Positions 23,813 to 37,100 of a DNA stretch of 64,000 nt are shown in pieces. The position numbers and the translations under genes are program-made. Each line of letters starts with the position of its first letter. The stretch's first letter is position 1. The notes below the pieces were generated by a model that made no database searches, was not told the origin of the DNA, and saw nothing but the letters and a program-made list of their open reading frames with translations. This DNA is from Takakia lepidozioides (lineage: Eukaryota > Plantae > Bryophyta), in NCBI GenBank assembly GCA_030704615.1, contig CM060733.1, forward strand, positions 31,682,001 to 31,746,000, written 5' to 3'.

Positions 23813-25914
23813 ATGACCTTAGCCAAGGACCTCCAGCCTTGCAGCGTGCTTGCTACTGCAATTAAAGATGTGTGGATTCCACCTGAGATGCAACATCAAG
23901 ACAATATGCACTCTCGCAAGCAGTTGTCGGATTTCGTGTGCCCCGAGCATGAGCGACCCACCATTGCTCACAATGACTTCCAGGGAGGCGATCAGACCCC
24001 AGTCATTGACCTCGCAAAGCTCAAGACAGGTGATGAGAAAGACAGAGAGAGCCTAACAAGGAAGATGATGGAGGCGGGCTCCGAATGGGGGCTCTTTCAA
24101 GTGGTCAACCATGGCGTGCCCCTCGAGATAATGGAGAAGCTGCAGGCGCAAGCACGCGTTTTCTTTGGTCTTCCTCTAGAGCGAAAACAGAAGGCGAAGT
24201 TCAGTGGCCAAATAGGTGGCTACGGCCGTAGCCCGAGAAAGCGGGCAGCCAGCCCATGGATGGAGGGATTTTTCTACGAAGCAGATGTAGGATCACGTAA
24301 ATCGGACTTGAGAGAGTACGCACAGTTATGTCTTGAGGGTTCAGAGCTTGAGGAATTCAGGTACAAACTTACAATCTCAGCTGCTCGACGTTGCGGCTAC
24401 TTAAGTCACTTTCTTCCTATTTTCCGAGCAACAATTTTTTTTGTTCAAATACCCTGTTCAAATCTCTTTGTCCATGAATTATACTCCCGCCTATGATGTG
24501 CGAGTTGTCGAGTTGAGCCTTCCTCACATGAACTTCAAATTTTGTGTGGTGGGATTCCCTCTATCTGCTTTCCACCAATTAGTTCCGCATGAACCGAGTC
24601 AGATTCCCAGAACAGAACACTACTACTTGAGGAATTATCCTCTCTAGATGAATGCAATATCCAGCTAGGCTAGTATCACTTGATTGGCATGTATGTTGAA
24701 GGGAAGTGGAGCGATGTGATCTTGGCAAATTCCTTCTCAAGGACGAGCAACCATGATCGTTTGTGCTGGACCTACGATCATTTTTCAGTATCCAGCACAG
24801 ATATGCCGCCAACTGACAAGCTTAGTTCTTGAACAGTCGTGACTGGCCAATTCCATTAAAGTCTTCAGCTTCAGGAGCGGCTTATATTCTCTTTGCCCTT
24901 CCGAGGCCCTTCCAGAGTACTCAACTGATTTCAAGTGATAACAAACATCTGATTGCACACATACATGTGCATCTTATACTCTAGTGCGGAGTGGTCGGGA
25001 TCTCAAGACGAGTACTTGTCGTTCTAGTCTAGATTCTCATGAGATTGGTTTTCATTTCAAATGCAGCACTTGTCTTGAGGAGTTTGCAAGCTATGTGGAC
25101 AAGCTTGCTTTGGAAACCTTGGAGATTTGGGCAGAGGGCCTTGGGTTGCATCCAACCTTCTTCACGAACTATTTTCGCGAAGGAGGGTTGAGGAAGGGCA
25201 CTCGCTTGAACAACTACCCACCTTGCCCTGAGCCTTCGCTCACCCTTGGGCTGGGAGCCCACGCAGACCCCAACTTGCTCACCGTACTACTACAAGACGA
25301 GACTGGAGGATTGCAAGTACAAAAGGATGGTGTCTGGTTTACAGTTAGACCTCGGGTTGGTGCACTAATCGTCAATGTTGCTGATCTTGCTCAGGTATGA
25401 TGGCTGACACAAAAAGCAAAGATTATGAAATCTCAGAATTATTGGATTTCTTCTACACCCCTTCTACAAATCATGTCAAAATGATGTGAACCATGCACTT
25501 GCAACCTCTCCACTCTGTGTCAGATGAGCTGCTGGGAACCTCTGCACGGTTTTCCATATCATCGCGCAGATATCCCTGTGTACATAAATCTTGGACATTT
25601 CATGTCAAATATATGAAGTCAATCAGCTCTACACTAATAGTACACTTGCTCATCTTTCTCCACAGGGATTGAGCAACGGGCGATTGAGAAGCTGCGTGCA
25701 CAGGGTTGTTGTGAACGCCACAGTGCCTCGACTCTCGGTGGCTGCCTTCTACACCCCCAAAGTGCCAAGCACACTCATCTCTGCTCCCCCAGAGCTCATC
25801 GACCACCACCATCCTCGCCTCTACCGCCCCTTCTCCTTGGCTGACCACTTGCGCGAGATCCACCCCGACGCGCCCCACTGGCTCGAATCCTTTGCCATCC
25901 GCTCCCCTTCATGA
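23813..25914 (+). CDS. 2-oxoglutarate/Fe(II) dioxygenase, DOXC class (GA20ox-like); 3 exons (~23813-24360, 25067-25394, 25666-25914)
   Basis: PVIDL..EWGLFQVVNHGVP (DIOX_N); SPWMEGF (compare GA20ox LPWKET); RLNNYPPCPEPSLTLGLGAHADP (HxD); SCVHRVVVN (distal His); RLS (RxS). Confidence 0.9.
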
Positions 25915-28319
25915 CATTCATCCACCACCAACGTTAGGGTTTCACCTAGTATGTTATGTCCTGGGCCCACCATCACATTGTGTGCACAGAATGGGCTTCA
26001 AACACCCAGCTTGAACTGGGCAGAGGTTTATGCTCCTTTTCTTTAACTTTAATTTAAATTTTTAATGTTTTTTTAAAGGAAAGGGACAGAACCCTTTTAA
26101 GCTCCTTATGTGTTCCATTGTTGGATGATTATAGATATCTATGACAAGATGAATTTCATCCTCCCTTGTTGCATGGAATGATCCACCTTATATCTTGATT
26201 AGGTCCCAAGTTGGGCAAATCATGTCCAATGATGGATGAACAAGGTAGATATTTACGATTTTATTAGATGAATTTTATTGTCTTTAAAAAAGATATTAGA
26301 ATATATATTACATGTTATTATTATATAAATAAAACAAGCGGCTACGCTATTAGGCTCCTCCTTCTCAACAGTGGGATTTTATTCATCTGTAAAGCACTGC
26401 CAAAAAAATTTGTTTGTATATATCATGCGGTTAAAAAGCTAATTCATGGGGGTGCACCCCATCAGTTCTCTCCAGTACATTCCGAAGAGCAGAATGCACC
26501 GGACATTAGATTTTTTTAAATTTTTGGCATTTCTTTACGCAGGGTAACTTAATGCCCCTCGTGTCGGGCATTCCCCGGTTTTCGGGCACAGTGAGCTCAG
26601 ATTATGGGTATATGTATTTTCCAGTAAGGAAGAAATAAGCTAACACCCTGGCAAAAGCTTGAGTATAGTGGATACCATCCCAAATGATATATTATGATCA
26701 GGACAGGCAATGACAGTTATAGTGGTATTGGTACCAGGTATTATCACAGGCAACATAAGGGTTATAATTGTACTGGCCACCAAACCCGCAGCAAGCAGTC
26801 AAAATAGCATTCGCTACAAATCCTGCATACATAGAAAGAGTTTGAAGGTCACTTTCTCCTCCGTGCCGAAGCCACTACATCATGCACATGATTTGCAAGG
26901 TGAGTGCATAAGTGATGGTCTGAAATAAACAAGAAAGATCGTACTGTTTACCGTTGTAAGGTGTTTGTAAGAAAGGGTAGAATGCGTTATCAGCGATTGA
27001 TGGTGAAGGCCGCAATGACGTCCTGAGACTCGAAATTGGGTGGAGATCAAGGAAGAATAGTATACATGCTGGCTTGGCCTGCAAACAATGCCCAGCTTCC
27101 CATAGGTACACAAAAGTGGCGGGCGTTTGATCCCGTAATATGCGGTGGCCAGCATTTCTTTTATACTATTTGCATTGTGGCGCGAGTGGCATCCATGGGA
27201 ACCTAAGTGGAGCATGTGTGGCTATGGTAACCAGATAATTTCGAAATAAGTGGCGATTGTAGGAGATGTTGAATGAGTGTTATGCGAATGAATCCAAAAC
27301 ATAGTAGAGACGATAAGGCGAACAATCTAAAATTGACATAGCATGTTAAAGGCTAACAATATGGAAACAAAATAGACAAGCAAAATAGCCACCTTATTCA
27401 TTTTTATTCACTTTATCATCCAAACCACTTCACTATTGAACAATAACATAGTGAGGTTATTTTTTCCTCGGTGTAAGCTTCTGGCACTTTGCCACCTCGC
27501 TATAATATTAAGGGCCTCCATCCCCTTCTCTAAAAATAAAAAAAGAAAAAGAAAAAGAACATAGTGATAAATGTCCAGGCTTGATCCCCTTCCACCAACA
27601 AACAAAGAAAGAAAAGAAAAAAGTGAACAATTGTTTTTGACCTCCCTCAAAAACTATTGTTGAGGTAATCATCTTTAAAAAAAAGAACATAATGTTTTTG
27701 AAAATAGATATTACCTCTATGACACAAAAACTTGAGATTTGACCACAAGGTCTTGTGCCATCAAAGCACCATCAATACCACAAGACAAATTGTAAACTAA
27801 ACTGATTACAAATAAGTAGTGCAGTATAGTATATACAAGGAACATTGTTGGCTCCATACCCTCCCCCAATGTACCCCAATGTACATGTGATTGTGGCGAT
27901 CCCTTACAAGTGCTTAGCGGAATCTGGCCCCTCCGTTCTAACGTCCCTCGCTCCAGGATAGCAACAAGTGGCTCCCTCTTGCAACCCTTTGGTGGAAGAT
28001 GGGCCCACCACATGAACTTTTGGAGAACCCATCTATTTGTCAACCTTTTTTTCCTTAACCTCATTCGCCAGGGCACGTTCAAAGTCGCAATTTGGCGATA
28101 AATCGCCAATAAAAGAATGGCCGTTTCAAGTGATCCTTATAAGTTATTAGTCCCTCCCATAAGACTATAGGAATAATGTAAGAACTTAATGGACGCGCGT
28201 GATCTGACACTACTTTCACTGGATTTCGGCAACCTGGACTCCTGCAGCGAGCCCCCTGTCAAATCCTCCCCACCCCATCTTACCTCGGTTTCACTATTAA
28301 ATACTTAAGAATCCAAGTG

Positions 28320-28510
28320 AGAAAAAAAAAAAAAAAAAAGGTGGACGTGTTGCCGAAGCAAGCGTAACTTATGGTGTCACTTGACCCAAAAGGGCTCTTG
28401 CCTTCCGGTAGGAAGGTGGACACCTTTGTAGCAACCAACAGGATGGTTTGAACCCACAACCACTCGTGAGAGGGTATATGCCCTTATCACTGGGCTACAT
28501 GTTGGTTGTT
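28320..28510 (-). mobile_element. Second copy of the tRNA-derived SINE
   Basis: Reverse complement reads ACAACCAACATGTAGCCCAGTGATAAGGG..GGTTGTGGGTTCAAACCATCC..poly-T. TSD TCCAAGTG at 28312-28319 and 28511-28518. Confidence 0.85.
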
Positions 28511-28721
28511 TCCAAGTGGGTTGTAAGCTATGGTGGGTAGCGTGATGGTAAGGTGGTAGCGTTGTAGGCGGCGAGGTTTAATGTTCAGTTCTTGATGGGA
28601 GGCTCTTGCAGTGTAACCCTCCAATTGGTGTAACCTTCTGTAACCCCGGTTTCTCATATAACTCTGGTTAGTCTTTTTATACTTAGCCACATTTGGACTT
28701 AGTCCAATAATTTCGAGACCA

Positions 28722-28925
28722 AGTGTGGGTTACACCAACTGGAGTTACACTCCATTCTGTGCAACCCCAAGTGGAATTACACACCTCGTCGTGTAACCCG
28801 ATGTAACCCCAAGTGGAGTTACACACCTCGTTGTGTAACCCGATGTAACCCCAAGTGGAGTTACACACCTCGTCATGTAACCCAGTGTAACCCCAAGTGG
28901 AATTACACACCTCGTTGTGTAACCT
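28722..28925. repeat. 42-bp minisatellite, ~4.5 copies
   Basis: Unit AACCCCAAGTGGAGTTACACACCTCGTTGTGTAACCCGATGT; translates as a 14-aa repeat in ORF 28683-28910. Confidence 0.9.
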
Positions 28926-31144
28926 CGATTGGAGACTCCTTCAGTTCCATGTCACTCTCAACAGAGGGTGGGGAGGATTTGACATGCCGGGCCGGAAACC
29001 TACGTGCCATCAGAGGTTGCACGAGTGCATTAAGTTCTTACATTATTCCTATTATCTTCCCAGTATTATCATGGTAATAACAGCTCATTCTTTTCGCCAC
29101 CTGGGGTAGAATACACAGGTAGCCGGTCGAGCTACTTTTGGTAAAAGAAAAGAAGGACAGGTGGAAAGTGCACTGAGTGCCTAGAGATCACATCTCTGAC
29201 GAAGAGGATTTGGAATGTCAAGGGTTTTGGGTGGTTATGACCAGTGTTGTACTACCGTAGTATATCCCTTTGCGCCCGGGTATGTGCAGTGGTATGAATA
29301 AGGGTATTGTAGACCAGTGGTGGTCAATCGCAATGTGACCCTGTTGGTGAGTTTTGGGCCTGTTTTGGGAAGTCATGAAGCCATCGTCATCCAAAATGCA
29401 ATCACTTGGTTTCCTTGGCATTTGGATTGGTCCCAACAATTTGGGTCCATTGTAGAAATTTTGTCACACAGATAGAGATTGTCTTTGGGGTCAGTTTGCT
29501 TGCTGGAGGTGGTGAGCAAGAACCTCAAAGATAAGGAAGGAGATCCCCAGAGCTTTGAAGTTGGGAACCACTCCTCATATGCTGCATGGGATATAACTGT
29601 GGTTTGCAAAGATCTACCTTCCATTTTTCTTAATTTGCTTTCATATTGCTGCATGATGTTTAATGTCGATATGTGTAAGGATGTCTGGAAAACTTGGAAA
29701 AAAAGTCATGCTTGTTGGGGATGCATAGGAATCTTAGGAGGCTCTCATTGCGGGAGAGGTGGCCTTTACCAAGAAGACTTTTGCTAGAGGCCGTGAAGCA
29801 GCTACATCACGCCTTAAGAATGGGAATGTCACACACAAATTCAGCCCCGGAGGAGCCAAATCTTTCAAACCCGATTTATAGTCTTTGTGTGGCTTTGTTG
29901 TTGATTCCTTGTATGTATGTATGTATATCTCCATATATGAGTTACAACGTTACAACTCATTGCAATTGTATGTCATGTGCAGAGATGGAAGTTTGGGAGG
30001 AAGCCTTCTCTTGTAGAATTGGACTACACCAAAAGCCATGGTTGGGATAAACTCATGGTTATTTGAAAACAGACTTAAGGGAGGAGAGGGACTGTTTCTG
30101 CGCACGATCCATTCTGCTAGAACCATGAATCTTACTCTCAGCACAGTATAGAGTATCTTTCATTTTCAACACCTTGGGTTAGCACTGCATGTGTGTCCAT
30201 GTCCGCATGAGATTATTAGGCTCCAAAATCTGTCATCTTAGCTGAGAATCATGTAAAATCATTCCCACAACATCTGACAGACCAAGCTTGGATGAAATGA
30301 CACTAAAATTCTTTGAACATGGATCCCTTCTAGACTCGCACATCATTTCTCCCTGTCTTGTACAACCAATGCAGCAGGTTCAATACTTGGAGCTTGATGT
30401 GCGTCTCTTTGCGAAGAGATAAACCACTGCATGCAGCTCTGGGATGACACACTTATCTACTCTCACTCCTAAGAGGATGATCGAGCGAGCTAGTGTCCGC
30501 ACCCCAAAACTGTTTCCTGGTGGTCCATTCATAGTATACATGGGAGTCAAAGCAATTTGGGCACAGTTGCTTCTCCCATCCTTTGGGCTACAAAACGAGT
30601 CAAGCATGATAGCAAGATACAAAGCCTTAAGAAAAAAATCATACACACACACCATCTATGCAAGGTCTGTGTCTTTGATCACAGTGATGATTACCAACAA
30701 CAAAATCTGTTCCAGAGTTTTCCAATGGGCTAAACAGTGTTCTGATAGCTCTTAACATTTTTCGAATTTGCCAGCATTGAATCTAGTGAACAAAATGGCA
30801 TCTTGCAATGAGTTATCCCGCTACTGTACAAGGGGAGTATTAAATAAAACCTGGAGAGGTCTGAGCTGCAGCTCTCAGGCCACAGGACCATGCCTCCACT
30901 CATTTCCTGGTTGGAGTCCTGGTGAGGTGTCTGTTGTCCTCAGTCTTGGAGTGCCTGGGGGACCCAGCATCTTGGACTCTTTCTTTAAGCACAAATTCAT
31001 GGTGGAAAAAGTGTCAACTTGGCGCAATCAGCTTCCTGAGCTAACCGAACTAACGGCTACTAGTATAGAACATTCTTGTAGTCCTGAAACAAAATGACAG
31101 AATATCTGCTCTTTGAGCTATCATCTTGTTTGGAAAGAAGATGT

Positions 31145-34100
31145 CTACGAAAGATAAGCCTTCGACTGAGGAAACTTCTCTTTGAATCTAGTGACCAGAT
31201 CCTTTGGCAGAGGTTGCTCGCTGATTAGTTTTTGAGCATGTGACTTCAAGAATGCTAACACATGCGCCTCCTGGTCTACCAGCACCAGGACCCCTGTTCC
31301 CTCCCAGAGAGATCCATCACAATACAGATCAGCTTGTCCTGCAGTAGCTATATGATTAAACACACATGCAGAAATGTACAATGCATGTACGAGTAAAGGA
31401 AAGGTGTCCACCTTCCACAACATAGGCAATAGCCCTTCATGGTGAACAGACAATTTCTGCTTGTTTCGGCAGGAGTCCACCTTTCTTGTGAGTAAATGTA
31501 CCAGGATCTCCAAGGAACAGGGAGCAAATCTCTCAGTTCAGAAGAGGTACAGAGGTCTTCAAAGGTGGCATAACATGGCCAGGCTGTCAATAGTTTGGGG
31601 AAGATGGGCCTATAACACTTAAGGCATTAGATAAAGAAAAAGCACTGGAAAGAGCATACCAAGTTCAATTTCATGGCCATCCTCATCCTGTCCATTCTCA
31701 GCCTCCCCAGTGGCTTCCTCATGTAGCTCGCGTGCCGTCTGTGCATATCGCTCCAAAAACTCTTCTTCTGTTTCATCGTGTCCTTCATCCGATTCCTCAG
31801 ACTGCGCGTTCTGTTAACATGAGGTTTGTTGAGGAAAGTATGTGAATTCCTCCCTTTACCTCTCTTTAGTGTAATTGGGTGTGCAATCACATTGTAGACA
31901 TGTGTAATTTGCATCTAGTGCACCCACATTGCACTAGATGGCTCCCTTCATCATTTGACAGCAGCCTCACTGTACAACAGGTAACCCAGAAAAGCTCAGT
32001 TTCAATGGTTGACATGAGTAAACATTATTCTAATTTGAGCTCTGAGTGCATCATGAAACACGTACTTGACCACCAGTGAAAGACTTGCTCAGGTTTACAG
32101 TCTTTACATCATTGCTGTCTTCATCGTCCTTGTCCTCAGTGCCATCGGAGTCAGAGTTGGATTCTGAGTTGCTGTCATCAGTTCCTGAGAATTCCATGAG
32201 CTCCTTGAGATCTACCATTGCCTCCAATAGTGATCGAAAGCAACGGTGTGCTGTCTTGAATCCCTTGCCTCCCCGCACCATGTCACTGTCGATTATGTCC
32301 TCCAGTATCTTCTGCAAACCCATGACTGTCCACCCACACCATCTTCATCTCAGCGTTAGAGAAGACTGAGAGTGTTGGCAGTCCAGACCTAGCCTTCATC
32401 CTCCCATTATAGTAGAGTCTGGAAGGCATCTACATCAGATTTGCAAAAGCGAACACACCTACATGTGCCAGTCATTCAGCGACTGGTTGCCAGCAGGTTT
32501 CTCCATGATCAGAAGATGATTGAGTAAATCTATGTTGCAGGGGGCCATGCCAACAAGGCCACAGACACAGAAACTGCCCAAAAAACAAAACATTTGATAA
32601 CTTTCATCCACCACATATGTGCTGTATGTGCTGATGATGAACCAGAGGAATCATAGATAAGCAATTAGGAACAGAAACGTACTGGCAAGCTTTAATTCTG
32701 ATTCCAAGGCCAAGCCTGGGTCAGCTTCACTTTCGGCTAGCCCTGCCAGTGCGTCTGCCCACATGAGCAAGCTTTCACTGGCACCGTCCTCAGTAACATT
32801 ACCACCTTTGTCTTCAGAAGACAGTATCTTCTTGACAAGTTCAGGGCTAATAATGAAGCACATAGTGATTACAAGAATAAGCGGCTTTGCCAATGGGACA
32901 GTTACACTCGTCAGCTTCTGGAGCCGTTGTGTGGCAACCTTGCAGAATCGGGGGATCAGGACACTAGCAATTTCGTCCCCTTCGAATGAGAGCTGTGATG
33001 CATGCAAAAGAGCATGGGTACAGCGGCATGCACGCCAGCAGGCCGCTGGGTAGGCTATTTCAGTTGCTCTGGTAACAAACACAACTAAACATTCAAGAAT
33101 TGAGCGTGGTGGAATAGGTGCTGGTTGAGGTGAAACTTTGGCCTCTATGAAGTGCTTCAGAGGACATCTCCCCTGTAAAAACATCCCCACACATGACATG
33201 GCGTAAGGAAATTCTCTCCAAGAGAAGACAAATATAGTACAAGCCAACATTTTTCTTTTTAAGGAGAAAAAATCTTCTGCAGTCACAACCATTTATATGC
33301 TTATGGCTGTAGCTTGCTTCAATTCACTACTATTTCCAGTGGGGTCGTTATGAAGTTTTTAATCTTTTTGTGCAGACGTTATAAAGCACCATTTCATTTC
33401 ATTTCTCTTGCTTTCTTGTCCCATAAGCTCCTAGAGCTTCCCTTGGATGTTATGAAGTTCCCTTCTTTCTATCAAGTTTCCCATAAGCTCTTTGAGCTTT
33501 CCACGGACGCTATAACGTATTTCATGTCATTTTGTTTCTTCATTTCTGCCTTTGCATGGATATCTTTAGTTCCTTGAAACAAATTCTCCACAATTAACTT
33601 TTCTGTTTTGAGTGCCCTAACTACAAGATGAGAACACAGGCATCCATCTCCACACCTGCTTCTGTCCTTCTTATAGAAAGACAGAACAGCCGGCAGACTA
33701 ACGAAGATGTTGAATGATACTGCACCCTCATGGATGATAGAGCATCTTCTCTTCTCTTCCACCGATTTCAGCGATTGTGCATCCTTGGCAGAGGACGCCA
33801 GCTTTGTGGTTAATGCATCAGGCAGTCCGTCTCCTGGCAGTGCTTTGGGTTATGACCGAGCAATTCAGTTCTTTTGTAGTCTACTAGCTCCCATTGGCCC
33901 TTTGGATCTGCTATGGACATAATAAATTTCATCATCTCATTTTTCTTCTTCTTACTTCCAAACCTTAAATATAAAGAAGAATTTCTTTCACAACCTCCTC
34001 GGTGGCATCAACAACGAAAGCTTTTGGAAATGAACCTGCAAAGCAATTGCCTCCTCGATGGCATCGAAGACCGACTCATCTTCTTCCTCTTCCCATGCAT

Positions 34101-37100
34101 TCCAGTCGGTCACCAGGTTTGCCCACACATCCAGCAGCAGCTCTACTTTTGTGCTGGCAGCTGTGGTTGAGTCTGGAATGTACCTCATAATTGTAGCTAA
34201 CAGTACTGAGGCATCACTTAAGCACGATGGCGGGGGTGCCACTTCCATTGAAGCTCCCTCCTGCATGAAAAGATATCATGAATGGAGCGAGTAGAACCTT
34301 TCATGACAAGAATACTTTGCAGGACAATCTGGACACTATTTACTAGGAGCCACACAAACATTAGGGGATTTGCATTTACATAAACCATCAACCAAAGACT
34401 AGTGCATAGATATTCAAAATACACATGATGCTTACCCTCCATCATGCTTGATCCATCCTCCCTGCCACTACCATTCTCTCCCTTGGCTCCCACTTTTTCT
34501 CTTGTATCCTGCTTTCTGTTGTCCAATAAGCCCTTTGAGCTTCCCTTCACCATTATAAAGTTGTTTTCTAAGTTGTTTTCGGGCTGCTTGTGGAGGGCCC
34601 CACTCTTCTGTGTTTCATGCTTTCTCTTGTCCCATAAGCTTCTTGAGCTTCCCACGGACGATACAAAGTATCATTTCATTCATTTCCATGCGGAATAAAG
34701 AAGATAGCAATGATCCTTAAGAATGTGCAAATATAGGTACTATCAGATGGCTGTCACAATAACTGTGAACCAAAAGAAAATTGATTGCAGACCTGTGAGG
34801 GAGTCAGCCATGCCCGCTGCAAAAGCTCAGCAAATGTGTTCGCCACAGTTGCACACCCAGCCTTCCACTTGGCCAGCGCCTTGCCGTTATCATCATCCTC
34901 ATCAGGCTCTGCACTATCCCATGCCTGAGCCAGCGAAGCAACTGCCGAAAATCCTAGCTCAACTGTCTGCACAACAAGGCGTAATTTTCTGAGGCTATTA
35001 TTCTAATTCCTTGGGTGAGATGTGGACAGCTTAGATGCGCAGGACAATGGCAGCCATCATCAGGACCTCAGTTCTCCTTTGTTTTAATGAATGGCTCATC
35101 AACCACAAGTATATGAGCCACAGCAATGTGGATGGCATGATACTCTTCCATGACATGTCCTTCATCAATTTCAGTGCGACACTCAGCCTGGTAAAATTCA
35201 TATTCCATTACCTGGGGCCAGGGTTCGGGATGAGGTGGGATATGCCGGGATATCTCCCATTTCACTGCAGCAGTGATGGCTGGGACATGGGGTGCCACTT
35301 CTTCTTCCCCTGCCTCTGCAGCTGTAGCCAGAAGCTGCAAACAGACAGTTGCCTCCTCTTCGTCTCGGATGCGTGATCCTGCAACAGTAGCTTGCAGCAG
35401 CGGCAACCACTGTAAGGGTTTGTACTCTTCCTGCCACAACAACAGGGAAAGAACACTTAATATTTCTCTTTGTGCATACTCTTTGTACCTGTACCTTTTC
35501 ATTGCTTAGAATTAAAAGTGACACTGGAAACATTGATCAGCAAATCAGATCTATAACCTACAGCATCATTATCCCAGTTTCACAAAATATGTTCTTTGTG
35601 ATTCACTATTCTATGCCATGGTATGTTCAACTGTCATGATTTGACCTAAATGCCTTGCCTACTCTGCAACAGTGTGCCAGTCTAGCTTGAAGAAGAAAAG
35701 AATGTTAACTACAGGATCTTGAATTAAAAATCCAGGATAGCTTGCCACATGACCATTTATGAAGCTTCTAAAGTTGCAGAAAGCACATCACTTGACTAAT
35801 GGTCAAAACCGATGGAACCTGGAGAAGTGAAGAGAGGGCTCCTGCTGCAGATGCTCGGACAGGTCGCCACGACACTCCACCAGCATTGGGTGCCACCAGT
35901 GCTTTGAGTAATGCATTATAAACCTCTTCATTCAATTCCTACTTCACAAAATAAACCATGAGACAACTAAGACAACCAGGAAAGAGATACATGTGGCAGT
36001 CCCAATGCTTGTTTCTTTGTGAGCTTTAAGGTAATGGCTACCCCAACTGAACAAATAGGAAGGCAAGTAAACCACATCAGAGGAAGTGCCCATCATTATC
36101 ATTATCATCATCAGCCAACAGCTCAGTGCGAACATGGGACACTTTCAGAACTCAAGAATGTCCAAAGTACCCTGACAAAATCTTGCATACCTCAGGCATG
36201 CACGTAGCCAGCTCCCCAAGCAACCAATTGGAGCTGGCCAGCACATGTGGAGCAGGTGACATCATACTGTACAAAGGAAAGACTCGTGTTCGGAGCAATG
36301 TAGTCACTTTTTCAGCAGATTGTGTCTTGAGAAACTGCATCACTCCCACACACAATTTAGTCTTGTGGTACGGCAGCTTGATACAGCAGTACAGAATATT
36401 ATGCAAGGGCCAAGGTACAGGTGAGAAGTAGAAAGAAAGAGGAAGCTCATTACGTCCACAGGAAGCGCAGAGGGCCCATGGGACATCGTAGAACAGCGCG
36501 ATAGAAGTAGAGAATCCAAACAGAGCGAAGCAAACAACCTATGTCTCAGGCACCCTGCCAGTTTCCATTACAACGTATTCTAATCTAGAGGTAGCCATCA
36601 GTATGCTATGATCATCAAAATATCCCCAGCAAACAACACGACTAAGCCCTAATCATAAGATCAGGAATGTGGTGATGTGGTCTCCAACCACTCACCTTTG
36701 GCAGACAACCTCAGAATTCTGAAGAAAAACAAGAGTTGGGAAATTTGCAAAACCCTGCTATACTGTGAGGAGTAGGTCTCAACAGTTTATTCCACACATT
36801 GACACTCTCTTAAGATGGGATAAACCTTTGCTGAACAGTTGTGCCAAAAAAGCCTCGGTGGTAGGCCAAGAAAAGGGAAGGGTTTTGCACCTCTTGAAGA
36901 CCACCGTAGGCCATCGTTACACCAAAGTAGCTGGCAGAAAACCCATCCCAATTACCAAACCAATTTGTCAAAACACTAGCCAACACTTAAGATGACTCCT
37001 GAGACAATATGGCAAACAGTATTCCCTCTGAATGCTCTACCCCTGAACTCTTGCAGTTTTCTGCATAAGAATTAGCAAATAAATATGGACCAGGTGAAAA

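Noticed and set aside
28722-28925. Possible CRISPR array
   Set aside because: Units are contiguous with no unique spacers, there are no cas genes, and the context is eukaryotic.
26530-30760. Possible decayed TE or gene fragments outside the SINE and minisatellite
   Set aside because: No motif I could assign with confidence.
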